Made by a program: the position numbers and the translations under genes. A stretch of DNA of 63,020 bases, the filler included, from Rhabdomonas costata (taxonomy: Eukaryota): NCBI GenBank assembly GCA_019059605.1. It is 54 parts of 54 records of this genome, joined end to end, with 100 filler letters (N's around TTAATTAATTAA, not from the genome) between each part and the next. Parts side by side here need not be neighbours in the genome. Positions count along the whole stretch, not along the records: positions 11,695 to 12,763 come from JAHMHO010030263.1; positions 12,864 to 13,931 come from JAHMHO010030264.1; positions 14,032 to 15,100 come from JAHMHO010030265.1; positions 15,201 to 16,269 come from JAHMHO010030266.1; positions 16,370 to 17,438 come from JAHMHO010030267.1; positions 17,539 to 18,607 come from JAHMHO010030268.1; positions 18,708 to 19,776 come from JAHMHO010030269.1; positions 19,877 to 20,945 come from JAHMHO010030270.1; 46 more parts are not named here. One strand, 5' to 3'. Positions 12,085 through 24,447 of the stretch are shown piece by piece (the stretch's first letter is position 1; every line of letters begins with the position of its first letter). The notes under the pieces are model-generated. The model did no database searches, was not told the origin of the DNA, and was given only the letters and a program-made list of their open reading frames with translations.

Positions 12085-14040
12085 CTCGGGGGATCTTCAT
12101 GGTGTTGTGAGGCGCTTGTGAGACTCGGCATCTTCCCTCCAGAACATAGTGAACCTTTGAATGCTGAATGTACTTTTAGGTGGGTGAGTGAGTTGCATGA
12201 TGCGTGCACACTCGCGACTGGGCGACTGGCAGTGCTTTTCGTGCCTTTTTGCTGCTCACTGGGAAATGGGGGATGTGTGATTTCTTATTGCTCGACTGAT
12301 GACCTTGTGGTCTTCGGTCTTCGGTCTCAATAATTTAATTATCCGGCAACAACTCGACACCCTCAGGGTGCTTACAACAAGCGTTGCAGGACTTTTTATC
12401 ACCCAGAATTGAAGTCGATTGTCATACATTAAGTCAGGTCAGTCCACAAGCGCCCGCAACAAGTTCAGAAGCACAGATTTTTGGATTCCCAGAAGGTAAC
12501 GGAAAAGGTGGGAAACAAGTTCACTTAGCACAAGAATTGCTTTTTTTTCTGGGAACCGCATGTGTCCACTGGACCTGCTTGGCTCAAGAGATGGAGGGAT
12601 TGGTTTTTACCAGACACTGAAAATTGAAACGAAACGCAGAATGCAAACTGACGCTCGATGACGCCCAAAACACTTGATGCTGCTTCTTTTGGAGCACCCA
12701 ATGCCAACACGAAACAAATAGGAGACTCTTCGCGCGCTCCACGTCTCATTTCACAAACAACCCNNNNNNNNNNNNNNNNNNNNNNNNNNNNNNNNNNNNN
12801 NNNNNNNTTAATTAATTAANNNNNNNNNNNNNNNNNNNNNNNNNNNNNNNNNNNNNNNNNNNNGTGTTGGGTGTGGTTGGTTGGGTTGTTCCTGTAGTTA
12901 TCTGAATTTAGCACGGGGGAACGATGGATCGGTTGGGTTTTTTTGTTTTTCATTTGATCAGGCACAGTTTGCCCGCGCCCTTCTTTTAAACCTGTCCTCT
13001 CTCGCGTTTTTTTCTCTTCGTATGACTCCAAGAACGCACGAGGGTGGGGAGTGCAAAGCCTCCCCCAGGGTAAGGGAGTTATTTATTAGAGAGTTTTGAA
13101 GAAATGTGTGGGTAAGGTATTTGGAGAGACCTAGGGAACTTCTGGGGAGGAGGAGGTCCACTAATGGAGGCAACCCCGATGTCGTCAGGACAAAAGGTTC
13201 ATTTGCCCAAAAACCGATCTTCGGCACTCTTTTTCTTGATTGGTGCCGAATAGTTCGTGGAATAGGTCTGTCGACTTCGAAAACTTTGAAGACTCCCCCC
13301 CCCCAAAGTGCCACTTCAAGGCCTTTTCAGGTAATGACCATGCTCGACCATGCTCAAGTTCTCAGACCGAAGCCCTTAGTGTGTCCAATGATGGCACCCA
13401 AGTCACTTCAGACCTACGCCTCGTATTTATCAGACCTTCTGAGCAGCTTTCATGCTTTTTTTTTTTTTGCCTTTCTGTATTTTTTCGCCGTGCAGGCTGT
13501 TCCAGGCTTGCAGATCCCCGTACCCCCGAACCAGCGGGAGGACCCGAATTGGGAAGTGGCAATGGCTTGACCTTTTCACTGTATGCGGGGCCTGCGCAGT
13601 GCGCAGTGATTACCCACATGGCTGCCCGGAGGCTGTTCAGTCTCGCCTCGTTATGTGGTGAGACACGGATCTCCTTCCTTCACCACTGCACATGGGTGCA
13701 GCATAACAATCGGAGCCGCCTCTTCCGAGGCGGTGTGCTGTAAAATTCGCTTTGTTTTGTCTGCTTGAGGTGGTTTGACTGTTGGTATTGTGATAACTTG
13801 GCTATTGTGCTCGAGTGCAGTGCATCTTGTCGCGTTCACTAGTATTTGGTATGGAGAAATAGCCCGGTTTGCCCGTTTCGCTAATCTGTCGTAACTGGTG
13901 TTTCAATTCGGTGGTGGTTTTCTCGCAAGCANNNNNNNNNNNNNNNNNNNNNNNNNNNNNNNNNNNNNNNNNNNNTTAATTAATTAANNNNNNNNNNNNN
14001 NNNNNNNNNNNNNNNNNNNNNNNNNNNNNNNGTTGGTGGG

Positions 14041-14213
14041 TGGGAGCGAGGTGAATCTTCTCACGGGTTTAGTCTTTTCCTGCATTCAACTTGAACTGCG
14101 AAGTATTCCCTTGGCTTCATTCAGTGACAGAAATTGAAGCCAAGGGAATACTTCGCAGTTCAAGTTGAATGCAGGAAAAGACTAAACCCGTGAGAAGATT
14201 CACCTCGCTCCCA
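14041..14213. repeat. Perfect inverted repeat (79-bp arms, 15-nt loop) at a contig start; probable fold-back artefact
   Basis: 14041-14119 is the exact reverse complement of 14135-14213. Confidence 0.9.
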
Positions 14214-14247
14214 TCCCGAACCCGAAACACAAAAAGGACCCAAATCG

Positions 14248-14390
14248 ACCTGAAACGCAGTTATACCGAGTAGGAGGGGGAGGGGTCGTCAGACATCCTT
14301 CCTTGTCAGAACAAAGTTATGAAATGCAGTCAGCTGACAGTTACAGCACCAGCGAATTCGATCGTCCAACGGCTGAAGGCACAACTGACA
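14248..14390 (-). pseudogene. Decayed PHD-finger-like sequence
   Basis: CQLCLQPLDDRIRWCCNCQLTAFH, then after a frameshift CSDKEGCLTTPPPPTRYNCVSG. Spacing approximates C4-H-C3, with the last Cys lost. Confidence 0.3.
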
Positions 14391-16138
14391 TGCTCCCAAG
14401 CTGGGATAGCAAAATTTGCTTTGTCGGAGGATGGCAAGGAGTTTGCTTTTGCATGGAGCTTGGGAAGACGGTTGGCTTCCTCTGCGGCCTCAGACCTGTC
14501 CTCTGTGTCTTGCTAAGCTTTTCCTGGGTTCGAAAGGGCACAGTGACTTGGGCTTGCCCAGCGTGTGCACACGCACTTGGACGGGACCGGAGCCGTCTCG
14601 ACGGTTCCTCTTCCCGGCGCTCCCCAGCAAGCATCGGAGAGCCTGCGAGCGTTCACAGTGCAATCAGTGACAGAAGGAGAACACCAAATCCAACCTCCCT
14701 CCTCATAGTCAACTGCTTATCAAAGCAACGAAGAAAGAACACGATGTCCAGTTATCGCGGGGTCATTGCCTCAGCAAAAAAGCTGCCAAACGCTACCCAT
14801 TTCCTTTCCTCGTGTATGGGCGCTGCATTTCAGGATTTCAGATGAGCCTAGCCGTAATTTTTGAGACCCCAAGCAAGCAAGAAATAAAAAAAAGTAGGGA
14901 TACAGCGACTGACCACCAAACCGACATTCTTTATCCCAGTTTTTAAAAGAAGGTCATATATGAGAGTCATAAAAGAGCTTGGCTCACTTCAAATGCAAGA
15001 GATGCTCTGAAGCGGTATCAAAATTCAACTTTAGGACTAATGCGGAAGGCTTTCTAAACCAGAAAGCAACCAAGCGCAACGAAAACTAAACACACCACAC
15101 NNNNNNNNNNNNNNNNNNNNNNNNNNNNNNNNNNNNNNNNNNNNTTAATTAATTAANNNNNNNNNNNNNNNNNNNNNNNNNNNNNNNNNNNNNNNNNNNN
15201 GGGTGGGGGGTGGGTGCGCTGGTTGAATCTTGCGTACATTAACAAGGGCGGCTGGAATACTCTGTGCGTGCGGTGCGAGTCGGGACGCAACTATTCCCCC
15301 CGCTTCATTTCCTCGCAAAAAAAATAGCTGGCTGCACCATCTATTCGACAGCGATAGGAGGGCACAATTTCCTTCGAGTGTTAAAATCATCCGTGTCATA
15401 GTTGGGTTCAGGATTGACTTGCAGCGCAAGCAAGCGAACATAAGGGCACAATAGCTGCTGGGAAAAGCCTCTTCCATGACCCTTAAAAAGGAGAACCGCC
15501 TTCAAATCACTTGGAATGCACCTGCCGTTCCGCGGCCCAGGGTTGTGGTGGTTAACACACCACCACAAGAAGTACTTTCCCAACAAATTGCACTCACTGC
15601 GTATCGAGGGATTGGTCTCACCTCTAAATGAAAGTCGAAAAAACCTCAGAAGCGTACGAAAGCCACCAGATCGCACACCTGACCCGCCTTGGACACGCAA
15701 AAACACGAGACACCCGTCACCAGAGCAAAAAAAAAGGACGCCACTGAAGCCAGCAACGAGAACCGCTGCGAGTACCTTGCGATCCCGAAGGGACCGAGTG
15801 GGAACCCAAGCGGGCCAGAAATTTGAGGCGGGCGGAACGCCACACCCCTTGCACATGAAATAGAAAAAGAGAAGAGCGAAAACAAAACCCAAGGAAAGAG
15901 CGCAGCCATGGCACCTGCCACGACCGGAATCCCTCAAAAGAAGATCCCTCAGATCCGCTCCACGGAAGCCAATACAGTGGGTGTTCTGAAATGCACCCCA
16001 CGGACGGGGCAAGAAAACAGATGCAAAAGGAAAAGGAAAATACCTCCCTCTTTTTTCAAAGCAAAAAAGGAAAGGGCGAGTCCCAAACTCAACGGCCGAC
16101 AGTGCCCCAACAGAAATCCCGCTTATATATGAGCTCGG

Positions 16139-16257
16139 TTGAGCTATGGTGCATTCTATTGCTATTGTTCTTTACTTTTTTTTACACTGGAGACAAGACT
16201 GGAATTTTTGTTGTTGAAACGTAATGAACAATAGCAATAGAATGCACCATAGCTCAA
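16139..16257. repeat. Contig-terminal inverted repeat (32-bp arms)
   Basis: 16139-16170 is the reverse complement of 16226-16257. Confidence 0.9.
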
Positions 16258-16949
16258 ACACACCCCACANNNNNNNNNNNNNNNNNNNNNNNNNNNNNNN
16301 NNNNNNNNNNNNNTTAATTAATTAANNNNNNNNNNNNNNNNNNNNNNNNNNNNNNNNNNNNNNNNNNNNTTTGTTGTGGGACGGAGATGTTGGTTGTAGT
16401 GACCGTGGTAGTGCTGTTCGGCCGTTCTTTTGTCGCAAGTGCAGTGTGTGCAAAGTTTTTGCCTTTCTCAGAATCTTTGGTTCGCGTTTGTTGATTGATT
16501 CGAGCTGCACTGTTGCGGCGGATGTACGATAATTTCCGTTGCCCACTTGAACCAGCAGATAAGTTCCTGTACTGCTTCCTGTCCCTCTGCCGGTCGAATG
16601 TTTGATGGAGTGATCTTGACCTTCTTGGTCACGTTTTCTTCACAGCATTTGGCACAGTCAGTCAAGACTCAAACACATTGAGACCTCAGATCGCGAGGTG
16701 GAACAAGCGAGTGGGAGAGACATAAAGGGTGGAGAAAGGACGGTCTCGAACCCTTGTACCTCACTTGAACGGTCAATGATTCAGCAAGAGAAAATACCAT
16801 TTTGTAAGAGTTGTCAGTTAATTGCTTCTTTTGTTGGTTCCCGATAGTGATATGGGTGACGCTTTGTCATGGGGTGCGAGTGAAATGCACTTTTTCTTTT
16901 CGTTCAGATTGTGCTATTCATTCCAACTTTGTCTGTGTTTGCCTTTTCG

Positions 16950-17438
16950 GATGGACGACTACTTTGAACCGCACCATCATATCATCGAAATATTCTCGCC
17001 CACAAATAGCATGGGCAAAATAGCCGCCTGCAAAGCCAGGGAGCTGTTTCACAAGCGCCCTTTGGCCGAACTCTGCAGCATTACCGCGCCGCTGCTGATT
17101 TCCCATGGCCTCGCCGCTGAGGATGCTGTGATGATAAACGTTCTGGTCCACCAACGTCTCGTTGAACTGGGTGTGGAAAGTGCAAAAAGCGCGCATCTCC
17201 GGATCGTGGCTGCCTCTGCTCTGAACTCAGCGGACGACTCTGAGATGCCCCCCGCTTCTTGCACTGGGTCAGAGGAAGACGTAAGCGCCTGCCGGGGAGG
17301 GGAAAAGAAAGAGGAAGCATCTGAACTAGAACAAGGGCAGGAACCAGAACCAGAACCAGAACATGTACTGGAACCGGAACAAAACGATGAAGACGAGCAA
17401 GCGGGTGAGGACTGGGAAGAGCACGGTGAACAAACCCC
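16950..17438 (+). CDS. Hypothetical protein, 5' part, with an acidic EP-rich tail
   Basis: Open frame from MDDYFEPHHH to the contig end, including EPEPEPE/EDE low-complexity sequence. No family recognised. Confidence 0.4.
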
Positions 17439-18825
17439 NNNNNNNNNNNNNNNNNNNNNNNNNNNNNNNNNNNNNNNNNNNNTTAATTAATTAANNNNNN
17501 NNNNNNNNNNNNNNNNNNNNNNNNNNNNNNNNNNNNNNGGGTGTGGGCAAAGTGCGAAAATCTCTTAAATCTGGCGCAGTGTGTCAAAAGCACAACAAAA
17601 GCAGTCGTCCGGCAAGAAATAAGCTGGCACAAAACCAAACTGCAGTCCGATATAAATCGTTTGGTTTTCTTACATCCAGGGCACAAGCAACAAGCAAACC
17701 CCTCCACTCAGTGCCTGCATGAGTGATGATAGTGTGTATGCATGCGTGTCTGAGTGCATGTGTGTGTGTGCTTGTTTCCCCCAAAAGGCAGTCTTGTAAG
17801 TGTGGGTTTCACTCCCGATTGCGGTGATGGTACACCTGTGCTGCAATGTAATGTAATAAAGTGATCAATTTGCCATAGCCTGCAACACGTAAAGAGCGCA
17901 CAATTAGCAAAAGATGATGGAGAGTCAGGGCGGGAGGCGAGACGAGGGGAGGGGACCTGCATCAAGGAGAAGGGGTTGACGAACTGTCTCAGAAAGGGCT
18001 CCATCTCCCTCCGCACGGGCACCTGTCGGACCAACTCCGAGGAGGAGTGCAGAAACCGCGGCTGACGTCCTGAGCCCAGGGGCTGCAGGGTGTCCAACAC
18101 TTGCGCCGCAGTAGGCTCCAGGGGTTCCATCAACCACGCCCCAGAGCCAATGCACCGCGCATTCACCTGCGCGGACCCCCACGGCACATAGCATAGTGTC
18201 GGCCCATGGCACGAGTTGATTTTCACCCACTTCCGCTGAAGGAGAAGGGCAATGAGACACACCGGGGGGGGGGGAGGCACAGGGGCACCTTGCCGGAGGT
18301 GTTCCTCACCAAGAGATCCACAAAGGCGGCTTTGGCTCGGCTGAGGAGTCCTGAGCCTCCGTTGAAGGTGTCATAAGCCTGCTGCGACATCATCACATCC
18401 CCGCCGCGGCTCAGCGGGAGAACTGCATTTCACAAACAAAGAAGGGAGGGGCTCCCGCGAAAAAAAGGGAGGGGGTCTCAAGTTTTTTATTGGAACACGC
18501 GGGAAACGCGGATTGCCCTCGACCCCTCCCCCCCTCCTTCCCTTTGCAAAAACGTCCACGGGAATACTCTCCGTCAAAAGCCAACAAACACCCAAACACA
18601 CCCCACANNNNNNNNNNNNNNNNNNNNNNNNNNNNNNNNNNNNNNNNNNNNTTAATTAATTAANNNNNNNNNNNNNNNNNNNNNNNNNNNNNNNNNNNNN
18701 NNNNNNNGTGTGGTGTGTTTGGGGTGTGGGGTGGGAGCCCCTGTCCTATTTTTCCATGTTTTTTCCTCTCAGTTTTTATACACCCTTTCAGGTTTTTATG
18801 CTGTCATTGGGTTGCTTGTGCGCAG

Positions 18826-19554
18826 GACGCTGCAAAGCCCTTAGGCAGCGCTTTCGTCTCCGCGGAGGGCCTCCGCCCTCTGCAAGACCTGGTCCTTACC
18901 CCCGTAACGGGGCCTCTGGCGGAGCTCCGTGGGCTAGCCGCTCAGGCGCTGGCCGCCGCTATGGAGAACTGCCCTGCGGCTCGCCAGTCTCAGCGCTGGA
19001 ATGCTGCTACTCTGAAGAGGCAATGATATCCTCCCCCTCCCCTTGTAGATTGTGCGACTTCCCTCCTGGTCTTTTCGTCACCAGAAGCTCGGGTTTACTT
19101 CACCATTCTTGGACTCTGTAACTCTCAGTGGAAGGGGGGTTGCCCCACATCCTCAATGAGGGCTTCAATGGAACTTCGCCTCCCCCCCTTTCCGAAAAAC
19201 TGTTTCGAACATTTTGAATTTTAAAAAATTTGGATTGCTTCGAGGTGGTTTTGCGGAAGAGCTTCCTCTCCCGTTCCATTTGGACGTGTTTATGCCCGGT
19301 GCATTTTTTTGCACGTTGGCGGATTTGCAGATACTATCCTTCAGGTTTCGTTGAAATGCTCCTTTACTGCATACTGGCACAGCTTGGCTGCGACCCTGGT
19401 GGACCCCTCTGCCAGTGCGGAGGTCTCGCGATACTGCCTGGTTGTGGCTTCCCGGCTGGCGACCGAGAGCGAGGCGGCTGCCAAGGCCCTGTCCTCTGGG
19501 CTCAGCTTGGACGCCCTCATGGCCACCCCCACCCCCGCACTAGTGCATTTAAAG
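18826..19554 (+). CDS. Exons of a helical-repeat (ARM/HEAT-like) protein
   Basis: CAG|DAAKPLGSAFVSAEGLRPLQDLV...LRGLAAQALAAAMENCPAA and ...SRYCLVVASRLATESEAAAKAL...HLK|GT. Internal splice sites are unresolved. Confidence 0.4.
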
Positions 19555-20237
19555 GTGAGCACTTTTTCCAAGTCTTCCCCCTGTTCATGTGCGCAGCCGC
19601 TCGTTCGCCCACACGCCCACAGTGCACTTTACCTCCCAGCTCAGAAAGTAACTTCAACGAAACAGTATTTATAAGGGTGTTTTGCGTTTGTCAAGTGATC
19701 TGGGGTGCCCATTAATTTGGTTCAAGTAGCGCGTTTTATTACCACTTGAAATCCTTACCAATCCCCACCCAACACANNNNNNNNNNNNNNNNNNNNNNNN
19801 NNNNNNNNNNNNNNNNNNNNTTAATTAATTAANNNNNNNNNNNNNNNNNNNNNNNNNNNNNNNNNNNNNNNNNNNNGTGGTGGGTGTGTTTGGGTTTTGG
19901 GGGGATTCGACAAGACCAACTTCCGAAATTTTGGTCTTATGTGTTTGATTGAACTTAAGTTACAATGAAATTGACATACTTTCACACCTGCCCAGAAAAG
20001 ATCAGACGTGACTCAAACAGAAAACCTGTTGCAAAACAGTTCCGGCAGGCTTTTCGCTCACGTCCTCGGTTGACGTCGTCGTACACCGTTTGTCCTGGGC
20101 TGCAGCTGTCAAAAACTTTCGCAGCTCCACCTGCAACTCCACAACCTCTTGCGAATTTGTCCTCTGAACACGTTGGGATGAAATCATTCCTCTGATTCCA
20201 AAAACAACAAGAACTTATAAGCTGAGAAATCAAGTAC

Positions 20238-20926
20238 CGAAGCAGCGTCAGCACGCTCTGAGAGAGCAGCATTCAACTGCGCCTTCAGTTCCGCAAGGCT
20301 AGCTTCAAGAGCTTTTTGCAGACCGTCCGCTTCTGTGCGTTCCGCTTTCAGCCGCTCAGCTTCGGCATTGCTAAAGTCCAGCTTCACACGAAGTGTGTCC
20401 AGTTGAACCTGTAAATGCAAAACAGAAACGCGAAGAGAGACATTAAAGCAGGTCATGAACTGATTTTCTGATTTCTGAAGCCGTCGAAAACCTTGCTATT
20501 TTCATTGTAAAGTCCTGGGTATCTTTGTCAAGTGGGCCTCGCCAAACGCTGCGTGGGAGGTCCTTTCACTCTCAGACCGGTTCGCTCTTCCTGTGTTCGT
20601 TGACAGGTCTTACATTTTTGTCGTGTGCGACTTCTTTCCCCACCGTAGGGTTTATACACGCGACCAACTGTCTGATTTAATGCACAAAAAGTGAGCAAGC
20701 CATACCTTCCCCTTCTTTGAACCGTAAACACAAAGGAATGACTGAACAGAAGAACCTGAAGACCGTCTCGCTCCTCTTTGAAAGTTTGCTTGTCCTGCGT
20801 CAACAGGCTGACCATCGATTCGAAATGGCGTTCCTTGGACGCAAAGCTTTGTCTTTCAGCCTTCAATGCGACTTCAGCATCGGCTTTAAGATTTTCCAGC
20901 TGGGCTTTGACCAGCTCAAAGTTTCG
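20238..20926 (-). CDS. Coiled-coil protein exons (20926-20756 and 20408-20238)
   Basis: Two 171-nt phase-0 AG/GT-bounded exons rich in E, K, A, L and Q heptads. Confidence 0.65.
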
Positions 20927-21542
20927 CTGCGGAAACCAACCAAAANNNNNNNNNNNNNNNNNNNNNNNNNNNNNNNNNNNNNNNNNNNNTTAATTAATTA
21001 ANNNNNNNNNNNNNNNNNNNNNNNNNNNNNNNNNNNNNNNNNNNNGGGTGGTTTCTGTTCTTGCAGTAGAATTTCGATTAGATGAGCAGTGTTGGATCGA
21101 AGTTTGCGTTGCATTGAATTCGAATTGAAATGATGAAGGATTGAACCGGTTTGATTGAATTAAACTGATATGATTGGATAAAGTTCACTGCGGTGACGTG
21201 GAGGGTGGCGGAGAGGGGGAAAGAAAAATAGAGAGCACCGCTTGAAGATAAACCTGACAGTCGAAAAGAGTTGATGGAGGTCGCAGTTGATGAAGCCTAA
21301 GGCACCACAACAATGGCATGCAGACTCGACTCTTCTCTCCGATTAAGCTTCCATTGAACAGCACGGCAGTTCAACGACTGAGCTGTGCGGATTGAGGTTG
21401 AACTAGATCCCTTGAGGGATGAATGTTCCTACTTGTAGGCGAGGAAGGGCAAAATCTTGTAAAAAAAATTTATTAATGTGAATGAAGCGTTTTGTGCTGC
21501 GCAGTTCGTGAGATGTCGAGTTTTTTTTGTTTGTTTGCGCAG

Positions 21543-22053
21543 GTATTCCGGTGTGGAGAATGGCGTGAGCTTAGCACGGAGGAGCTTCTGCCGGGGGACC
21601 TCATTAGCGTCAGGCTGGTACCCGGGCAGCCCGGAGGGGACGTCGTGCCGTGTGACTGCCTGCTGCTCTCCGGCACAGCCGTGGTCAACGAGGTCGCTTT
21701 TCGGTTTTGGTGCCAAAGTTGGAGTCAGTTACGAGAGCCCTCACTGCGCTGTACATGGTGTTGAAGAGTCTTGTTTCTGCTTTGTGACTTTTTAGAAACC
21801 TCGTGAAACGAGCCCCGTGGTCTTTTGTTCGTCTTTTGTTCATGTGTGTGGAGGAGGAAGGGGGGAGGGTTGCATGCCTGTCTGCTTTGATTTGTGAAGG
21901 GTTCTATTCAGTGTTGGGGTCAGGGCCAGCCACCTGCATCCACCCCACCTGTCCACACGCGCACCTCCGGGGTGAACACAGGCCAATCTCACCGGGGAAA
22001 CCACCCCTCAGATGAAGGAGAGCATTCCTGTGGACTCTGCTACCCTGGAGCAG
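21543..22053 (+). CDS. P5-type (P5A/ATP13A1-Spf1-like) ATPase, actuator-domain exons 21543-21692 and 21982-22053
   Basis: Spliced reading VFRCGEWRELSTEELLPGDLISV...VVPCDCLLLSGTAVVNE|ANLTGETTPQMKESI contains the PGD, VPCD and LTGE.TPQMKE motifs. GT-AG intron. Confidence 0.9.
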
Positions 22054-22605
22054 GTAGAGAGATCCCCCCTCCTGCTCTCCAATGTGTTTTCCTCCGTCCC
22101 TCTACCACACCCCNNNNNNNNNNNNNNNNNNNNNNNNNNNNNNNNNNNNNNNNNNNNTTAATTAATTAANNNNNNNNNNNNNNNNNNNNNNNNNNNNNNN
22201 NNNNNNNNNNNNNGGGTGTGTGGGCTCGCGGCCTCGAGCACTTTCCGTGGCCCCCATTCGGCCTTGAGTGAGGGGTGCTGTCGAAGTTAGCTTTTGCTGG
22301 CGGCGGTTCAATAGTAAATGCCATCGAGCCACCAGCCTGCATAACCCAAAATTCAGAGCCTCTTGTTGCACGGCTTTTGAGGTGCTGGTGCTGCAGGGCG
22401 TAGGAACCGCAAGCCCCGGGCGGAGCAGCCTGATGACTTCAGCGCTCGCACGCATTCTCCATGAATAAAATTTTTCCAACCTGGCCCCATCAACTTGACT
22501 TGTTGCGATGCCTTTTGCGAACCCTGAACACTCTGTACATACCCAAGAAAAATTTACCTTAAAGGTTACTTGAGCACTTTTGTTGCTTCTGTCATTGTCC
22601 CTCAG

Positions 22606-22995
22606 GTGTCCTCTGTGGACCGGTCCTGTACAAACTTTCATCGATGAGAATTGCCTCTGTTTTAGCGGAACTGACGAGAACGCACTGGAGTTGACCTCTG
22701 TACATTCGGTGTGATGCGCTCTGGTTGTCTGGATGTCTGGATTACTCCCGCCTCTCTTCATCTCCTTTATATGCTTGCCTGCCAGGCGTTATCATGAATG
22801 GCTTTCGTCGCATTTCTGTTTCCGGCTGCCATTGCCTCCAGAAATTCCGCAGCCTGGTCGACACAATTCTGCAGAACCAGCTGTCTGAAATGGGCATTCC
22901 TCCCGAGCAGTTCATCACAGCTTGCGAGAAGGGAAAGAACAAGGAACTAAACACCCTTGTCAGCGAGTACATCCTCTCCCTGGACGACTTCCAGA
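22606..22995 (+). CDS. CFAP36: Cilia- and flagella-associated protein 36 (BART domain), exons 22606-22708 and 22842-22995
   Basis: PLWTGPVQTFIDENCLCFSGTDENALELTSVHS|KFRSLVDTILQNQLSEMGIPPEQFITACE...ILSLDDFQ matches the BART/CCDC104 pattern. In-phase GT-AG intron. Confidence 0.8.
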
Positions 22996-24101
22996 GTATG
23001 CACCTCCATTGGTCCACGTTCATTTCCATTTACTTTGTGGGGGTAGAAAGTTTGACGTTTGAAATACGGACGGTGAAGGGCGAGATTTTGCGCAACATTT
23101 TTCCTAAACATTTCCAAACCATTTTTTTCCTAAATCATTTTTGTTTTAAACAGCGAAGTATCACTGCGGCACGAAGTAGCACTGCGGCATCTGGGGTCAG
23201 CACGACACGATTACTATCAGCACCACTGCGCAAACAGGCTTGTTGCCAGGAAAGAAAAGCCGCACAGGAAGGAGGAGGAACCNNNNNNNNNNNNNNNNNN
23301 NNNNNNNNNNNNNNNNNNNNNNNNNNTTAATTAATTAANNNNNNNNNNNNNNNNNNNNNNNNNNNNNNNNNNNNNNNNNNNNTGTGTTGGGTGTTGGAGG
23401 AGAGGGGGGGAGGTCCTGATGAGGTGGAAGCCAGGTAAGAGGGATCAGTTGTGTCTGGTTTCTCGCGCGGTGGAGATTTGGGCCTTTTTCAAGGGCATCG
23501 AACGCAAAAGTGGCCTCCGATTTTGCTGCTTTTTGTTTTTAAAGGTCGGGATGAGACTCTGTACACGTGGGAGTGCCTGCAGCAGTGCCTTTACGAAATG
23601 GACGACGGAATGGACTCGGCGCTGTTCTCCAGCTGCGTGAAGAACCACCCTGAGGCGAAGCCCTCCGCTGAGGAAGATGAAGTAACTGATTGGGATGGGG
23701 GAGTGGGGGCAGCGCATTTGTAACGCATTTGTGGAAGATCGCAGGCTCCTTTTTGCCTTATTTATATTCATGTTCACCTTTCATGGGCACTCAGCGTACG
23801 TTTCTAACCCATTCTCTGCAATACTTTCAGCAACAATCCTTCAAATGTTCCGTCAAAAAAGTTTCCTCTTGAATTTCGTTCGTTTTGTCTGTGGTAGGTG
23901 TAGGTGCTCTGACGTCTTAATTACTCAGCGCGCACACGAGGCGAGATGTTCGATTGGGTCATCTTTTGGGTCACCCGCTCCCCTGAGTTGCTTTCGTTTT
24001 CTGTTCGGAACCTTCGGCCATTCAACTGTTTCCTTTCTCTCTTTTTTTCCTCCATGTTCGTCACTATTGAGGCAACCAACTTTTTGTGCACAAATGAAAA
24101 G

Positions 24102-24234
24102 GATGAACTCCAAGATAAGGTGCAGGCCCATCTGGAGCGAAGGAACACTGAAAACCAACTGCACACGCTGCTCCAGCACGTGGACATTCACGGCCGCACC
24201 GTGATGCACTACATGGCAGCATTAGCCTACAAAG
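24102..24234 (+). CDS. Ankyrin-like exon
   Basis: ...LLQHVDIHGRTVMHYMAALAYK, matching D..GRT..H..A, followed by a GT donor. Confidence 0.55.
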
Positions 24235-24321
24235 GTGTGGCACAGCCTAGTGCTATGATTTTTCATATGCGCATTTCTGTAGTCGTTATTCCGGGGGGAG
24301 TGGTGTGCATTATATATGACA

Positions 24322-24447
24322 AAGCTCGATTCAAAAACCCCCATCACACAGTAAAAAATAATAATTCGCTTTCTCTTAGCTCCGTCATTGCCAAGGCTCC
24401 CATTGCCCACCCTCATACGAGTTTTACCCCTAAGTAATTTTTTCTGG
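24322..24447 (+). repeat. Dispersed repeat, copy 1
   Basis: Aligns by eye with 26644-26771 on another contig (aagctcgattc...atcaca.agtaaaaa...aataattcgctttctctt.gctcc...gccaag.ctcc.attg.ccaccct...ttttctgg). Confidence 0.85.

Noticed and set aside
14041-14213. Long hairpin as a pre-miRNA or MITE
   Set aside because: Arms are 100% identical, sit at the contig edge, lack a TSD, and share the pattern of five other terminal fold-backs.
21130-21200. ATGATGA...CTGA box C/D-like motif
   Set aside because: Spacing is short, there is no terminal stem or convincing final D box, and the context is low-complexity TGA/TTGA-rich sequence.
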